64,000 bases of DNA, taken from assembly GCF_006345805.1 (NCBI RefSeq), contig NC_043003.1, positions 14,322,001-14,386,000 on the forward strand. Direction: 5' to 3'. Shown here in pieces: positions 14,690 through 27,719 of this stretch. Position 1 is the stretch's first letter; every line of letters begins with the position of its first letter. The translations under genes and the position numbers were made by a program. The notes under the pieces were generated by a model. The model saw only the letters and a program-made list of their open reading frames with translations, was not told the origin of the DNA and searched no databases. Source of the DNA: Octopus sinensis (lineage: Eukaryota).

Positions 14690-15177
14690 GGTGTGAGAGG
14701 ATGGTTAAGTAATAGTTAGTTTATATGTGATACAAAATAGAGAGTGAGGTGGAGGAAAGAAAATAGATGTAAGATATACAGGGATATTGAATTTGTAGAT
14801 CCATTTTTTAGGCAGAATGGTATATATGCAATATTCTAATACCCTATGAATAAAGTCTAAAAGTTCAACAGAGTTTAAAATGGGTCATTCCAAATATAGA
14901 ATTTATACACAATGTAAGATTCCCTTATGAGTGAGATCCAGCTGTTGGCCAAAAGTCACCTGACAGTAAATCAAAACCATTTAATTTCAAGATTAAAACA
15001 AAAAATTATTTTATATGAGACTTCGCTAATAAACAGATGAATGTTGAAAGAAAAAAACCATGATTTTAAGTCACAGCATTCAATTATTAAACATTCATAA
15101 TTGGAATGAATAAATGAAATTGAATATTAAGTATTTATAGAATTTTTATTTACTGTTTGGTGACTTTTGGCTAACCC

Positions 15178-15208
<31 letters not shown>

Positions 15209-15211
15209 TAT

Positions 15212-16447
15212 GATCAGTTCTCAGCTCCCTCTTGTTCATCATAGTCCTCCAGGCAATAACAGAAGAATTTAAGATGGGCTGCCCTCGAAAGCTCCTCTAT
15301 GCTGATTCAAGTAGCCGAATCACTACCTGAACTAGAGAAGTAATTTCAGGTATGGCGGCAAGGTCTAGAATCAAAGGATCTTAGAGTTAATCTACCAAAA
15401 ACCAAAGTTAGTAGAAGAGCGGGCAAATCACAAATCCCTTCAGGTAAATGGCTTTGCTTGATCTGTAGGAAAGGCATTGGTAGAAACTCCATTAGAGGTA
15501 CCTGGTGCAAGCTATGGACACACAAGAGGTGCAGCACAAGAGGTTACCTGGGAAAATAGTTTTTGTGTATGGAAGGTGCACAGGTACAATAAACACTGAA
15601 AATGTACATAAAATAGACTCCATCAACTGCCAGGAAGATAAGCTAGAGATAGTAGACAGCTGCTGTTATCTAGGTGACCAAGTTAGTAGTGGAGGTGGAT
15701 ACTCCAAGAACATAGTTGTGAGAATAAGAACAGGCTGGGTATAGTTCAGAGAGCCCCTATCTCTGCTGGCAACAAAGGGCCTCTCTGTCAGAGTGAAAGG
15801 CAGACTGTATGATGCCTGTGTACAAACTGCTATGCTACATGGCAGTGAAACATGGGCTGTGACAGCTGAAGACATGCATAGGCTTGAAAGAAATGAAGCT
15901 AGTATGCTTCGCTAGAAGTACAACAGAGTGTAAGCCTCTTGAGAGAAAAGTTGGGCATAAGAGGCATCAGATGTGGTGTGCAATAGAGACAACTGCACTG
16001 GTATGGTCATGTCATACATATGGATGAGTGTAAAGAAGTGCTAGTCTCTAACTGTGGAGGGAACCTTTGGTAGAGGTAGACCCAGGATGACATGGGACAA
16101 GGTGGTAAAGCATGATCTTTGAACTTTAGGCCTCATGGAGGTAATGACTAATGACCAAGACCTTTGGCAATATGCTGTGCTTCAGAAGAATTGTCAAGCC
16201 AAGTGATTTTGAAGTCATGGCTGATACTGGTGTCACATAACTGGCACCCATGCCGGTGGCACATAAAAGCACCCACTACACTCTCAGAGTGGTTGGTATT
16301 AGGAAGGGACATCCAACTGTAGAAACCAGGCCAGATCAGACTGGAGTCTGTTACAGCCTTCCAGCTTACCAAGCCCTGGTCAAACCGTCCAACCCATGGA
16401 CAACGGACGTTAAATGATGATGATGATGATGATGATGACGATGGTGA
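15212..16447 (+). mobile_element. 5'-truncated, decayed RTE-clade LINE (RT C-terminal half, PHD-like insert, 3' UTR, (ATG)n tail)
   Basis: SVLSSLLF..LLYADS, CLICRKGIGRNSI, CYLGDQVSSGGG, KGRLYDACVQTAMLHGSETW; contains stops and frameshifts. Confidence 0.9.
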
Positions 16448-16453
16448 TATATA

Positions 16454-16654
16454 CAAGAGTGAGCTGGAAAAGTTCCTGCCTTTAAAGGTATTGTGAATGG
16501 CCTGATTAGAGGCCCAAACTTCTGAGTTCCTTCACAGGGTTTAGAAAACCTGAAGGACCACTGCAATAAGTGTATGACCCTGAGAGGAAAATATGTTGAA
16601 TTTTCTTTTGTATTTTCTTTTACCAAAAGTCAGGAACTTTTCAGCACCCCCTCG
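16454..16654 (+). mobile_element. Mariner-derived MITE
   Basis: TA-flanked, ends TCAGCACCCCCTCG; matches 11528-11744. Confidence 0.8.
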
Positions 16655-17534
16655 TATACATATAAATATATATTTACATCAACATCAAAATAAAAATCAA
16701 ATGGAAATTGTAGTTGTGACACCTGTGCCGGTGGCACGTAAAAGGCATCAACTGATCATGGCCGTTTGCCAGCCTCCTCTGGCCCCTGTGCTGGTGGCAC
16801 ATAAAAAACACCCACTACACTCTCAGAGTGGTTGGCATTAGGAAGGGCATCCAGCTGTAAAAACATTGCCATATCAGATTGGAGCCTAGTGCAGCCTCCT
16901 GGCTTCCCAGCCTGGTGGAACCATCTAACCCATGCTAGCATGGAAAACGGACGTTAAAAGATGATGATGATGATGATAATGATGATATATATATATATAT
17001 ATATGTAGATATATATGACAAGCTTCTTTCAGTTTCTGTCCCCCAAATCTTCCCACATGTCTTTGGTCAGCCTGGAACTGTTGTAGAAGACATTTGCCCA
17101 AAGTGTTACACAGTGAGATTTTTACCCATGACCGTGTTATCGATAACCAGATTCTTAACCACACAGTGACTCTTACACTTATGATAAAAACAACAAACAT
17201 TATCTGATGAAAATAGAAGACTTTCTCTCTCTCTCTCTCTCTCTCCCCCTCTCTCTCTCCCTCTCTCTCTCCTTCTCTCTCTCTCTCTCTTCCTTTATAT
17301 TAATGCTATGGAAACTGTAATTGAACACCGCTCCTCTAATTCCCCGTGATTCATGGGCCACGAAACCTGACTACTACACAAATACGCCGTACGTCTTCGC
17401 TTGTTGTATAAAGCCTCGTGTCTGGCCTGGTCGTATGTAACCAATAATTTTACACTTGTCCATTTCTAATGCATATTTGATTCTTGCAGATCAATAAAAC
17501 ATTGATGAACAAAGTCAACAGAACCTACACTTAT

Positions 17535-17625
17535 TATCATCATCATTATTATTATTATTATTATCATTACCACCACCACCACCACCACCACCACCACCAC
17601 CACCACCACCACCACCACCACCACC

Positions 17626-17683
<58 letters not shown>

Positions 17684-17710
17684 CCCACCACCACCACCAT
17701 CATCACCATC

Positions 17711-17741
<31 letters not shown>

Positions 17742-17876
17742 CCATCATCATCACCATCATCATCATCATCATTATGATGATCATCATCATCACCATCACC
17801 ATCACCATCATCATCATCATTATGATGATGATCATCATCGTCATCATCAATCGTCATCATCAATCGTCATCATCAG

Positions 17877-17909
<33 letters not shown>

Positions 17910-19190
17910 CCATCATTATCATCACCATCATCATCATTTGATTTTTTTTTTTTTTTCTTTTTTCTTTTTTCTATTTACTCTTCGTCACTGCTGCTCTGGA
18001 AACACATTGTCAATAGCCTAGTTAAATTTATTGATTTCTGTTCAATAAAAGATTGCCGCGATGCTTACTGCTATAATGAGACAGAATCAAGTTAGTATTT
18101 GTTATCAATGATCACGATCATGTATGTGACAATGATGAACGTAACGTTTACAATGCGAAGCTGGAGGTAAATGTTTCTATGGTGCTTTGTTAATTTTTCT
18201 ATTCCTTCATAAAGCTTCCCTTGTTGAGAGTTTCACTAGAAAGAGGCTTTATGGTCTTCTTAATCTGACGAGAAAAGGACAGGTTTGGTTTGGTTTGGTT
18301 TGGTTTGGTTTGGTTTGGTTTGGTTTGGTTTGGTTTGGTTTGTAACATCTTTAGCTCTTTGTCCCTTAACTGTCGTTGTCATTATCATCATCATCATCAT
18401 CAACATCATCGTCGTTGTCGTCATCATTGTTGTTGTCCTCACCGTCATTGCCGTCATTATCAACATCGTCGTCATTGTTGTTGTCATCATCATTATCATC
18501 ATCATTATCATCTTCATCAACAACATCATTATCACTGCTACCATCACCATCACCATCCAACCACCACCTTCATCATCATAATTGTCATCATCATCATTAC
18601 CCTTCTCTTCCTCCACCTCTTCTTCTTCTTCTTCCTTTTCTTCTTCTTCTTCTTCTTCCTTTTCTTCTTCTTCTTCTTCTTCCTTTTCTTCTTCTTCTTC
18701 TTCTTCTTCTTCTTCTCCTCCCCCCTCCTCAACTCCTCCTCCTCCTCCTCCTCCTCCTCTTCCTGTCATCAACATTATTGTCATTGTCATCATCACTGTT
18801 GTCATCATTTTAATAGCCACTTTTCCATTTTTGGGATCAACCTGATGGAATTATTCATTGAAGCAAATTCTTTTCCTGCGGCTGGATGCCCCTCCTGTCA
18901 CCAACCCTCACCTATTTCCAAGCAAGGTAATATTCCTCCATAACTGGACATATTTCCACCAATGTTTGCTGTATTTTGCTATTCATTCATCAAACAAGAA
19001 GAGGACGGGTTTGTAACATCATTAGTTCTGCATGGATTAAGGAATCACCACCACCACCACCACCACCGTCGTCGTCGTCGTCGTCATCATCGCCACCACC
19101 ATTGTCATCATCATCACACCACCCCACTCCGCCCCACCCCCATCATCAGCATCATTGCCACCGCCGCCGCCGCTGCCACCACCACAAATT
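17535..19190. repeat. Compound (CAC)/(CAT)/(GGTTT)/(TTC)/(CCT) microsatellite fields
   Basis: Direct reading; interrupted by unique sequence at 17940-18280 and 18810-19045. Confidence 0.9.
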
Positions 19191-19191
19191 A

Positions 19192-19437
19192 AGGTGGTGA
19201 TTCCTTAATTCATGCAGAACTAATTTTCGGGTGATTTCCCTTCAGCAGCACAGAATAAAACATGATATACAGATATTGTTTTGAGCTGAGTGGGGGTACT
19301 AGATTCCCTTGTTTGAAAATATAAGGACACAGATTGTGTTGTATAGCCAGCTGGAGACGATGTCTCCTGGAGCTAAATTACAGCAACATTCGTCCTAAGC
19401 CAGGACTGCCATGTTATGTTGGCAAGCAATCTTTACT
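19192..19437. mobile_element. Hammerhead-bearing small element with 5' inversion
   Basis: Minus-strand CTGCTGA-aGGGG..CCC-GAAAATTAGTTC at about 19212-19252; plus-strand body matches 59610-59800. Confidence 0.6.
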
Positions 19438-19439
19438 AC

Positions 19440-19750
19440 AAAGAACTGTTGCTGAATATCCTCGATGTGAGATTTACAAATAGTAATTTTCTAAAGTATT
19501 CTTTGTTGACCATCTGACCAAAGGGAACCCAAAAGATGTTGATAATGCCCTTGCTGTCAAAAAGGGGTTCATCATGAGCTCCCTGGTGGATTTGCTTTGT
19601 ATGGCCCCCCTGTGTCACCAAAAAACATATGCTCAGCTCTTACAAGTTAATCTGTAAGCAACTTAGAGCATTTCATAAATTCCTGTAGCATTTTTCACCC
19701 AGTTTAACACAAAACTTAATTGCATAGCGAGAGTCCAAATCATCTTCACA
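19440..19750 (-). pseudogene. Mariner transposase remnant
   Basis: LFDSKGIINIFWVPFGQMVNKEYFRKLL matches the mariner FFD..G....F.P.GQTVN..YY..L motif. Confidence 0.75.
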
Positions 19751-19897
19751 TCCCATTTGCATTCTATGAAGTAGTTAGCTGTAACAAGCACTGTTCAGTA
19801 GGTTGTGTTCAAAGTTCTGTCACGGATGTCTCCTTCAATGCAGAATAAAAAAGAGTTGGCCGGTCAGCTTATTAGATGTTTAGCAATGATATATTAA

Positions 19898-20418
19898 GCA
19901 ATAATAAATCTCTATCACGTCAGGTCGACAATGGGAAGGATGGTTTCCCTTTGCAAATACTGACAGGGCACAGAAAGTGTGTCAATAGCCAGCTGGAGAA
20001 GATGTTCTCCTGGAGCTACAAGCTACAGTAGCATCCACCCTTAGTGGTTAGCCACATTTAAGTGGCAAATATACTTCACATTGTCATGCAGCTACTGTTT
20101 ATACCTCGTTCAGTGATTTATTATTGCTTGTTTACACTTTTTCGAGATCAGTGGAAAAAGGATATATGTATTTGCATTGGGACCTCTTCGCATCAAAGAC
20201 CAGTGATTGTCGTGCGCTGGCGATGGGTAAATATCCAGAAATCTGGGTCCATGCGTATCATGTCAGGTCGACGATGGGAAGGAGGGCTTCCCTTTGCAAA
20301 TACTGATAGGGCACAGAAAGTGTGTCAATAGCCAGCTGGAGATGTTCTCCTGGGGCTACAAGCTACAGTAGCATCCACCCTTAGTGGTTAGCCACATTTA
20401 AGTAGTAAATATACTTCA
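19898..20418 (+). mobile_element. Tandem (~1.5 x 343 nt) hammerhead element with 14-bp target-site duplication
   Basis: 19913-20080 repeated at 20256-20420; degenerate hammerhead at 20212-20254; CAATGATATATTAA on both flanks. Confidence 0.7.
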
Positions 20419-21371
20419 CAATGATATATTAAAATTACAAGAACCTAGGACATTTATAACCATCTCTCCTAAAATTGTCTGAAAACTTCTGGAATGCACC
20501 TCATTTGTATGACTACACGTATACACCCACACTTTAGCACTTGTTATAAAGAACAAACATAAAGCATAGCTTGTTAGCAGAGTTCCAGTACTTCCAGACA
20601 GCCAGCAGAGAAGTTCTAGTCAGTTTGGCAGTAAAACTGTCAGCCAACAGCAGTCAATAAACAAACACACAATAGTCTCAAAACAGCCGCAGTTCAATCA
20701 GTAACTGACACTTATCCAGCCAGGAAAGCTCTTATGTGGTTGCTTGATCTGCTAGAAATAACAGCCACATTTTTCTCAAACTGTATTCTACTGTCTTAAC
20801 CGTTTTCTTAGCATATTTCTACTGAAATAAACTACTTCTGTTTTAATTAATTTTGAAAATAGTAAAGAATTTAGTAAGATATTTTGTGTTTATTTATCTG
20901 GTGTTTGGAAGATAAATTAGCACAGAATAGTTACAAAGGGTTAAAAAAAAAGAGTAAGGGCACATTGGATAATGCACTCCTAGATATACTATACCCAGAA
21001 AAAAAAAGATGATGATTAAAGATGGAAGTCATTTCAATATGTGTCTATTCAATGTGAACTGACATACATAACATACATATATACATACGCACATACATAC
21101 ATGCATACATATACACACACACACACACATATGTATATATATGTATATATGTATATATATGTATGTATATGTGGTTTTAGAGTCAGATCTTGGCTGCTAT
21201 TTTCAGCATGGCGGTATCTCGTAGATACCCTGAATTATAATTTTAATAGTAATTATTACTTTTGTAGGTTTTTATTTCCATGCTGGCCACTTGATAAGAT
21301 CGTTATTTAATTTAAATTAACGATCTTATCCTTATTTTTATATATGTATGTATGTATGTATGTGTATGTAT

Positions 21372-21740
21372 AGGAGTGGCTGTGTGGTAAGTAGCTTGCT
21401 TACTAACCACATGGTCCCAGGTTCAGTCCCACTGCATGGCACCTTGGGCAAGTGTCTTCTACTATAGCCTCAGGTCGACCAAAGCCTTGTGAGTGGATTT
21501 GGTAGATGGAAACTGGATGTAAACATATACACACACATATATGTATGTATGTGTGTGTATATATGTTTGTGTGTCTGTTTGTCCCCCCCAACATCGCTTG
21601 ACAACTGATGCTGGTGTGTCTACGTCCCCGTAACTTAGCAGTTCGGCAAAAGAGACCAATAGAAAAGTACTAGGCTTACAAAGAATAAGCTCTGGGGTCG
21701 ATTTACTGAAACAAGTAAAAGTGGGTAAAAGAGTAAAGAG
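21372..21740 (+). mobile_element. SINE family A
   Basis: Head and tail match 6095-6487. Confidence 0.85.
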
Positions 21741-21764
21741 TATATATATATATATATATATATA

Positions 21765-22200
21765 TTAATTAGAGACAAAACCGCTATTATGCAAATCAAA
21801 CAAAGAAAGACTTAATCCAATACATAAAAAATTTCATATAATTAAATATAATTAAGATATCCACTACGATCCTTTCTTGTCACTTCTATGGACATTCATC
21901 AGGTGGTTTCAAGACCTTCTATACAATTTTAAACTATGAAGTTTAAAATTGCATAGAAGGTCTTGAAACCACCTGATGAATGTCCATAGAAGTGACAAGA
22001 AAGGATCGTAGTGGATATCTTAATTATATTTAATTATATAAAAAATTTTTATGTATTGGATTAAGTCTTTCTTTGTTTGATTTGCATAATAGTGGTTTTG
22101 TCTCTAATTAATATTATATTATATTTTACTATAAAATTGGATTCAATCCTAAATCTGATTTTTCCCTGTAAATTTGGATTTATTCCCTAATATTTATTAT
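21765..22200. mobile_element. Fold-back element in (TA)n with a hammerhead in each arm
   Basis: ~170-bp near-perfect inverted arms centred near 21936; ccacCTGATGA..GAAAGGATCGTAgtgg at 21969-22014 (+) and 21861-21906 (-). Confidence 0.8.
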
Positions 22201-22559
22201 ATATATATATATATAAACTTGCATTCCACTGGTTATGCCGATAAGACTTCCAATTGATCCAATCAATAGAATAGTCTGCTTGCGAAATTAATGTGCAACT
22301 GGCTAAGCATTCCACAGACATGTGTACCCTTAATATGGTTCTCAGGAAGATTCAGTGTGATATAGGATGTGACAAGGCTGCCCCTTTAAGATACAGGTAT
22401 TACTCACTTTTGCCAGCTGAGTGGACTGGGACAACATGAAATAAAGTGTCTTGCTCAAGGACACAACTTGTTGCCAGGAATTACCAAAAGTTTGGTAAAC
22501 GGAAACTGAAAGAAGCCTGTTGTACATGTGTGTGTGTGTGTGTGTGTGTAATGCTTATT

Positions 22560-22955
22560 CTTTTATTCTTTTACTTGTTTCAGTCATTTGACTGTGGCCA
22601 TGCTGGAGCACCAACTTTAGTTGAGCAAATCAACCCCAGGACTTATTCTTTGTAAGCCTAGTACTTATTCTATCACTCTCCGTATGTACGGGGATGTGCA
22701 TGCACCAATATTGGTTGTCAAGTGATGTTGGTGGGGACAACCACAGACACACAAACACAAAAACACACACACACACACACACACACATATAAGATGAGCT
22801 TCTTTCAGTTTCCGTCTACCAAATCCCCTCACAAGGCTTTGGTCAGCCTGAGGCTATAGTAGAAGATACTTGCCCAAAGTGTCAAGTAGTGTGACTGAAC
22901 CCGGAACCATGTGGCTGGTAAGCAAGCTTCTTACCACACAGCCACTCTTGTGCCT
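22560..22955 (-). mobile_element. SINE family A
   Basis: Reverse-complement match to the consensus seen in the window. Confidence 0.85.
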
Positions 22956-23001
22956 TCTATAAATATATATATATATATATATAATATATATATATACACA
23001 T

Positions 23002-23032
<31 letters not shown>

Positions 23033-23125
23033 CACATATACATACATACATATATATATATTATATATATATATATATATATACATACATATATATATAA
23101 ATATATATATGTATATATATATATA

Positions 23126-23171
<46 letters not shown>

Positions 23172-23173
<2 letters not shown>

Positions 23174-23696
23174 ATAGAAATATTAAAATTACTAAGTCTC
23201 TCTAAAAGAGAACACGGCAGCGTTCCTGGAAATTAATAGTTATCGCCATACTAATATGGCATTCTTATAAAAATAAGAATAAAGCTGTCCGCTTATTAGC
23301 TCTATGAGGCCATCACCTTAAGTTAGGTATTTGATACACAAACTGTATCCATATAACCTTCGAACAAGGGAGACTTAGTAATTTTAATATTTCTATTATT
23401 GAAAACAAGTGGATGTATTCCACCGAAACTAGGTAAATAAAACCTTGGAACAGAGATAGTCGGAAGCGACACCTACTGGTCTGACTACGCTACATTGACA
23501 AGGAGCAATACCCCGAAACGCGTCTGTAGCTGTCGATCAAGTAGTGTGGAGCGACTGACCTCCCTTGTTCGAAGGTTATATGGATACAGTTTGTGTATCA
23601 AATAGCTAACTTAAGGCGATGGCCTCATGGAGCTAATAAGCGGACAGCTTTATTCTTATTTTTATAAGAATGCCATATTAGTATGGCGATAACTAT
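23172..23696. mobile_element. Fold-back, circularly permuted hammerhead element in (TA)n
   Basis: gctacaTTGACAAggag..ccccGAAACGCGTCtgtagc at 23489-23530; inverted arm 23172-23372. Confidence 0.75.
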
Positions 23697-25610
23697 ATAT
23701 ATATGTATATGTATATATATGTGTGTTTGTGTCTCCTAGTTGTGGTGGTCGTTGTCGGTCATTACCAGTGGCACATAAAAAGCACCATTCAAGCGTGGTT
23801 GATCCCAGTACCAGCTGACTGGCTCCTGTGCTGGTGGCGCGTAAAAAGCACCCACTACACTCTCTAAGAGTGGTTGGAAGGGCATCCAGCTGTAGAAACC
23901 TTGCCAGATCAGACTGGAGCGTGGTACAGCGTTCTGGCTTGCCAGTCCTCAGTGAAACCATCCAACCCATGCCAGCATGGAAAACAGACACCAAACGATG
24001 ATGACAATGATGATGATGATTGTAACTGTCATACAACACTGTTGTACATTTCCAATATTCTGTGTGAACGTATCTGGCCACAGGAGAATGTTACCACAGG
24101 AAAGGCTTCGCAACAGGATGGGCATCCAACAATAGAAAATGTGCTTCAGTTATCTCTATTTAACCCATGCAATCATGGAAATGTGGATATTAAATGATGA
24201 TGATGATGATGATGATGATGATCATGTATTAAATGTGTGTTGACTCAGAACTGAAGTTGAGGTTCTCAATTATGGCCCCATATGATCCCATATGGGGGTT
24301 CATATAAGATTTTGTGGGTCCATGCAAGTAAAATATAGGAAAATTTGAAGCCTACTATATTTTATTAACACTTTAACGTTTAGACTGGTCCATCCAACCC
24401 ATGCCAGCATGGAAAACGGACGTTAAATCATGATGATGATAAAAGCAGATGTTAAAGAATGATGATGACAATGATGACGATGCCAATGCCGCTGCCGCCA
24501 CTGACGCTGCTGATGCTGACACCAACAATGCTGACACTGCCAACACCCCTGCGCCGCCACTGCCGCAGACCCCACCGACGCTGACGCTGCAGACGCTGAC
24601 AACGCTGACACTGCCGGCACTGCCAACGCCAACGCTGCTGACGCCGCCAATGCCGACTTCGCTGACAACTCCAACGCCGCTGCTGCTGACAACTCCTACG
24701 CCGATGACTCCGATGCCAATGACGTCAATGACACCAACGCCAACAACGACGACAACGAAAGTGGATGTTAACGGGGGATGATGTCCAGCCAAAATATTCA
24801 GCCTGTTTTATACTCAAAACGGCTAGATCCAGACTCTCACACTTCCATTACAATGTCGCTGTAAAAATAAACAAAGATATCGTCAAAATCCTGAGGCTAT
24901 GAAATAATGCACGATTAATTTGAAACAAAATGGAAAAAAAAAATAAGGATCACATTTGACAGAGTAACTTGAATGCTAAAGGGTTAGGGGCCCAAGGAAA
25001 AGGTCTGCTTTAGATGTATTTATTGCAAAAAACAGCTAAGTTTCTTTCTCAAATAGTTTAACCTACACAGGTTAATGTGTCAATAACAAAACAGGAATTT
25101 TGAAAGATGTATCTATGAAACTAGTTTTAAAGATTGAATGACTAAGGTGGGAGTCCACCAGGTGAAAATAGTAATCAAAGGGGCCCATAGATAAAAAATG
25201 GTTGGGAACCAGTGATTTAAACAATAACTCATCTACAGGGTCTTCAGTTATCCTTAGTCTCATCTCGTTTTATTTGGAAGTGAAACTCCCACATAAAAAA
25301 CTAGCTGACTCTTGTTATTATACGAAAGAGGAAATAATTTGTAACATAGAAAAAAGAGATGAGTCACTAACCAGTTTTATGGATGATGTGGAACCCCCGA
25401 CCAAGCTATGGAAACAGTGGAATGGATTTAGGGCTACAGAAGTTAAGTGATGAGCCTGCAAATAGTGGAAAATGGGTAGCAAGAAGCAAGTGTGATGGAA
25501 CTACATGGGAAGCCAGATATGGTGTGTATATCACGAGAGGTGATGCTTGATAAATGAAGTCGTCGTTGTCGTCGTCGTCATCATCATTATCTTCCTCCTC
25601 CTCCTCCTCC

Positions 25611-25669
<59 letters not shown>

Positions 25670-26245
25670 TAGCATACATTTTTCTTCATTTGTATGAATT
25701 TATTAAATGGAATTTGTTGAAACAAATTTTTTTCCTGTGGTCAGATGCCTTTCATCTTGTCCAGGCCTGGCCAACTCGAATTACATTGTGGGCCACTTTA
25801 ATCACAGATAGATATTTGAGGGCTGCTTATATACTGACAGAATTGAAAGCATTTTGCTTTCTCATGCTATTATTACAATAATAAATGAATGATCATTGAT
25901 ACAACATGCAATATTATCGTTGCATAAACAGTGCTATCTTTCTTTTTTTTACTTTTTATTAAAATCTTTAAGTTTTGATAACATTTTTAAAATGTTTGTT
26001 TAAATAAATCCATTTCAAGAAAGTATCAAGCAGGCTGCAAGATAAAAGTATCAAGTTGACCTCAGGTTGGCCAGCCCCGGTCTTGTCAAACCTCGCCTGT
26101 TTGCAAGCAAGTAATATTTTGTCATAGCCAGGGATGTTTTCTACGGAAGACTGGAAATGAACAACACTGCTTGTATGATGGTGATGCTCGTTTACAACCA
26201 TTACATGATATCAAGACAATAGTACACAGAAACACACACACACAC

Positions 26246-26759
26246 CAGGCATGTGCCGTCAGTAATTAATCAGGATAGGCAGTTGGTGATGTTTATGTAG
26301 TAAAACACACAAAAAATAATAGATAAGCGAAACACAGGCGTGCGACTGAATTGGAGGCAGATTTACTTCTGCCTTTATAGTGCGTAAAGAAAACGTTTTT
26401 GTAGGAGTACATGCAGCATATATACTACAGTAATACTATGCATAGCTTAAATACTGAGATTGAAAAGCAGGGGAGAATTATGCCTACCTAATCTACAAAA
26501 AAATTTAATATTTTGCATTTTATGCATAGTAATCAGGGTAACCTTCATAATTTTATTGAATTGGTGCATATTTTGCCATAAGCATAGGAGTGGCTGTGTG
26601 GTAAGTAGCTTGCTTACCTGCCACATGCTTCCGGGTTCAGTCCCACTGCATGGCAACTTGGGCAAGTGTCTTCTACTATAGCTTTGGGCCGACCAAAGCC
26701 TTGTGAGTGGATTTGGTAGACGGAAACTGAAAGAAGCCCGTCGTATATATGTATGTATG

Positions 26760-26793
<34 letters not shown>

Positions 26794-27095
26794 TGTATGT
26801 ATGTATGTTTGTGTGTCTGTGTTTGTCCCCCAACATCGCTTGCCAACCAATGGTGGTGTGTTTACATCCCTGAAACTTAGCAGTTCGGCAAAACAGGACA
26901 ATAGAATAAGTAATAGGCTTCCAAAGAATAAGTCCTGGGGTCGATTTGCTTGACCAAAGGTGGTGCTCCAGCATGGCCACAGTCAAATGACTGAAACAAG
27001 TAAAAGAGTAAAGAGTAAAAGGAAAATGTTGCTATCAATCTATTTTATTCAGAGTAGGCACTGCCTACCTTGCCTACCCAGGCGGCATGTCCCTG
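26246..27095. mobile_element. hAT-like MITE with a nested SINE family A copy (26583-27020)
   Basis: Imperfect TIRs CAGGCATGTGCCGTC / GGCGGCATGTCCCTG; 8-bp flanks ACACACAC / ACATACAC. Confidence 0.55.
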
Positions 27096-27299
27096 ACATA
27101 CACATATATGATGGGCTTCTTTACAGTTTCTGTCAACCTAATCCATTTATAAAGCATTAGACAGCTCAGGACTAAATAAATACTTATAAAACACTTGCCT
27201 AAGGAGCGAACCCAAGACCAGATGGTTAGAAAGTAACCTTCTCAACCACATAGCCATGTCTGTTCCTGTATATGTTTGCTAATATTAAAACATATATTA

Positions 27300-27715
27300 A
27301 TGTGGCAAACTGACAGAATCTTGAATGTGCTGGATAAAATGCTTAGAAAAATTTTGTCAGAGTTCAAATTTTATCAAGGTCCACTGTGCCTTTCATCCTT
27401 TCAGGGTCAATAAAATAAGTACCAGTTGAGTACTGGGGTTGATTACCTCCTTCCTCGAATTATCTGTTGTGCCAAAATTTGAAAGCAATATTATTATTAT
27501 TAAGGCAGCAAGCTGGCAGAATTGTTAGCACACCAGGCAAAATGCTTAGCAGCTTTTCAGCCATCTTTACATTCTGAGTTCAAATTCTGTTGAGGTCGAC
27601 TTTGCCTTTTATCCTTCCAGGGTCGATAAAATAAGAATCAATCAAATTCTGTGGTTGATGTAATTGACTTACACCTTCCCTGAAATTGCTGGGTCACATG
27701 CCAAGATTTGAAACT
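27300..27715 (+). mobile_element. Two tandem SINE family B copies
   Basis: GAGTTCAAATT..GCCTTTCATCCTTTCAGGGTC core present twice. Confidence 0.75.
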
Positions 27716-27719
27716 AGTA

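Noticed and set aside
17466-19200. Poly-His/Asp/Glu/Ser ORFs
   Set aside because: Trinucleotide microsatellites open in several frames, with no splice or homology support.
19330-19430. Twister- or HDV-like ribozyme (GTCCTAAGCC hairpin)
   Set aside because: The required pseudoknot pairings could not be identified.
24373-24792. Mucin-like Thr/Pro-rich ORF
   Set aside because: Degenerate triplet expansion continuing an (ATG)n retroelement tail.
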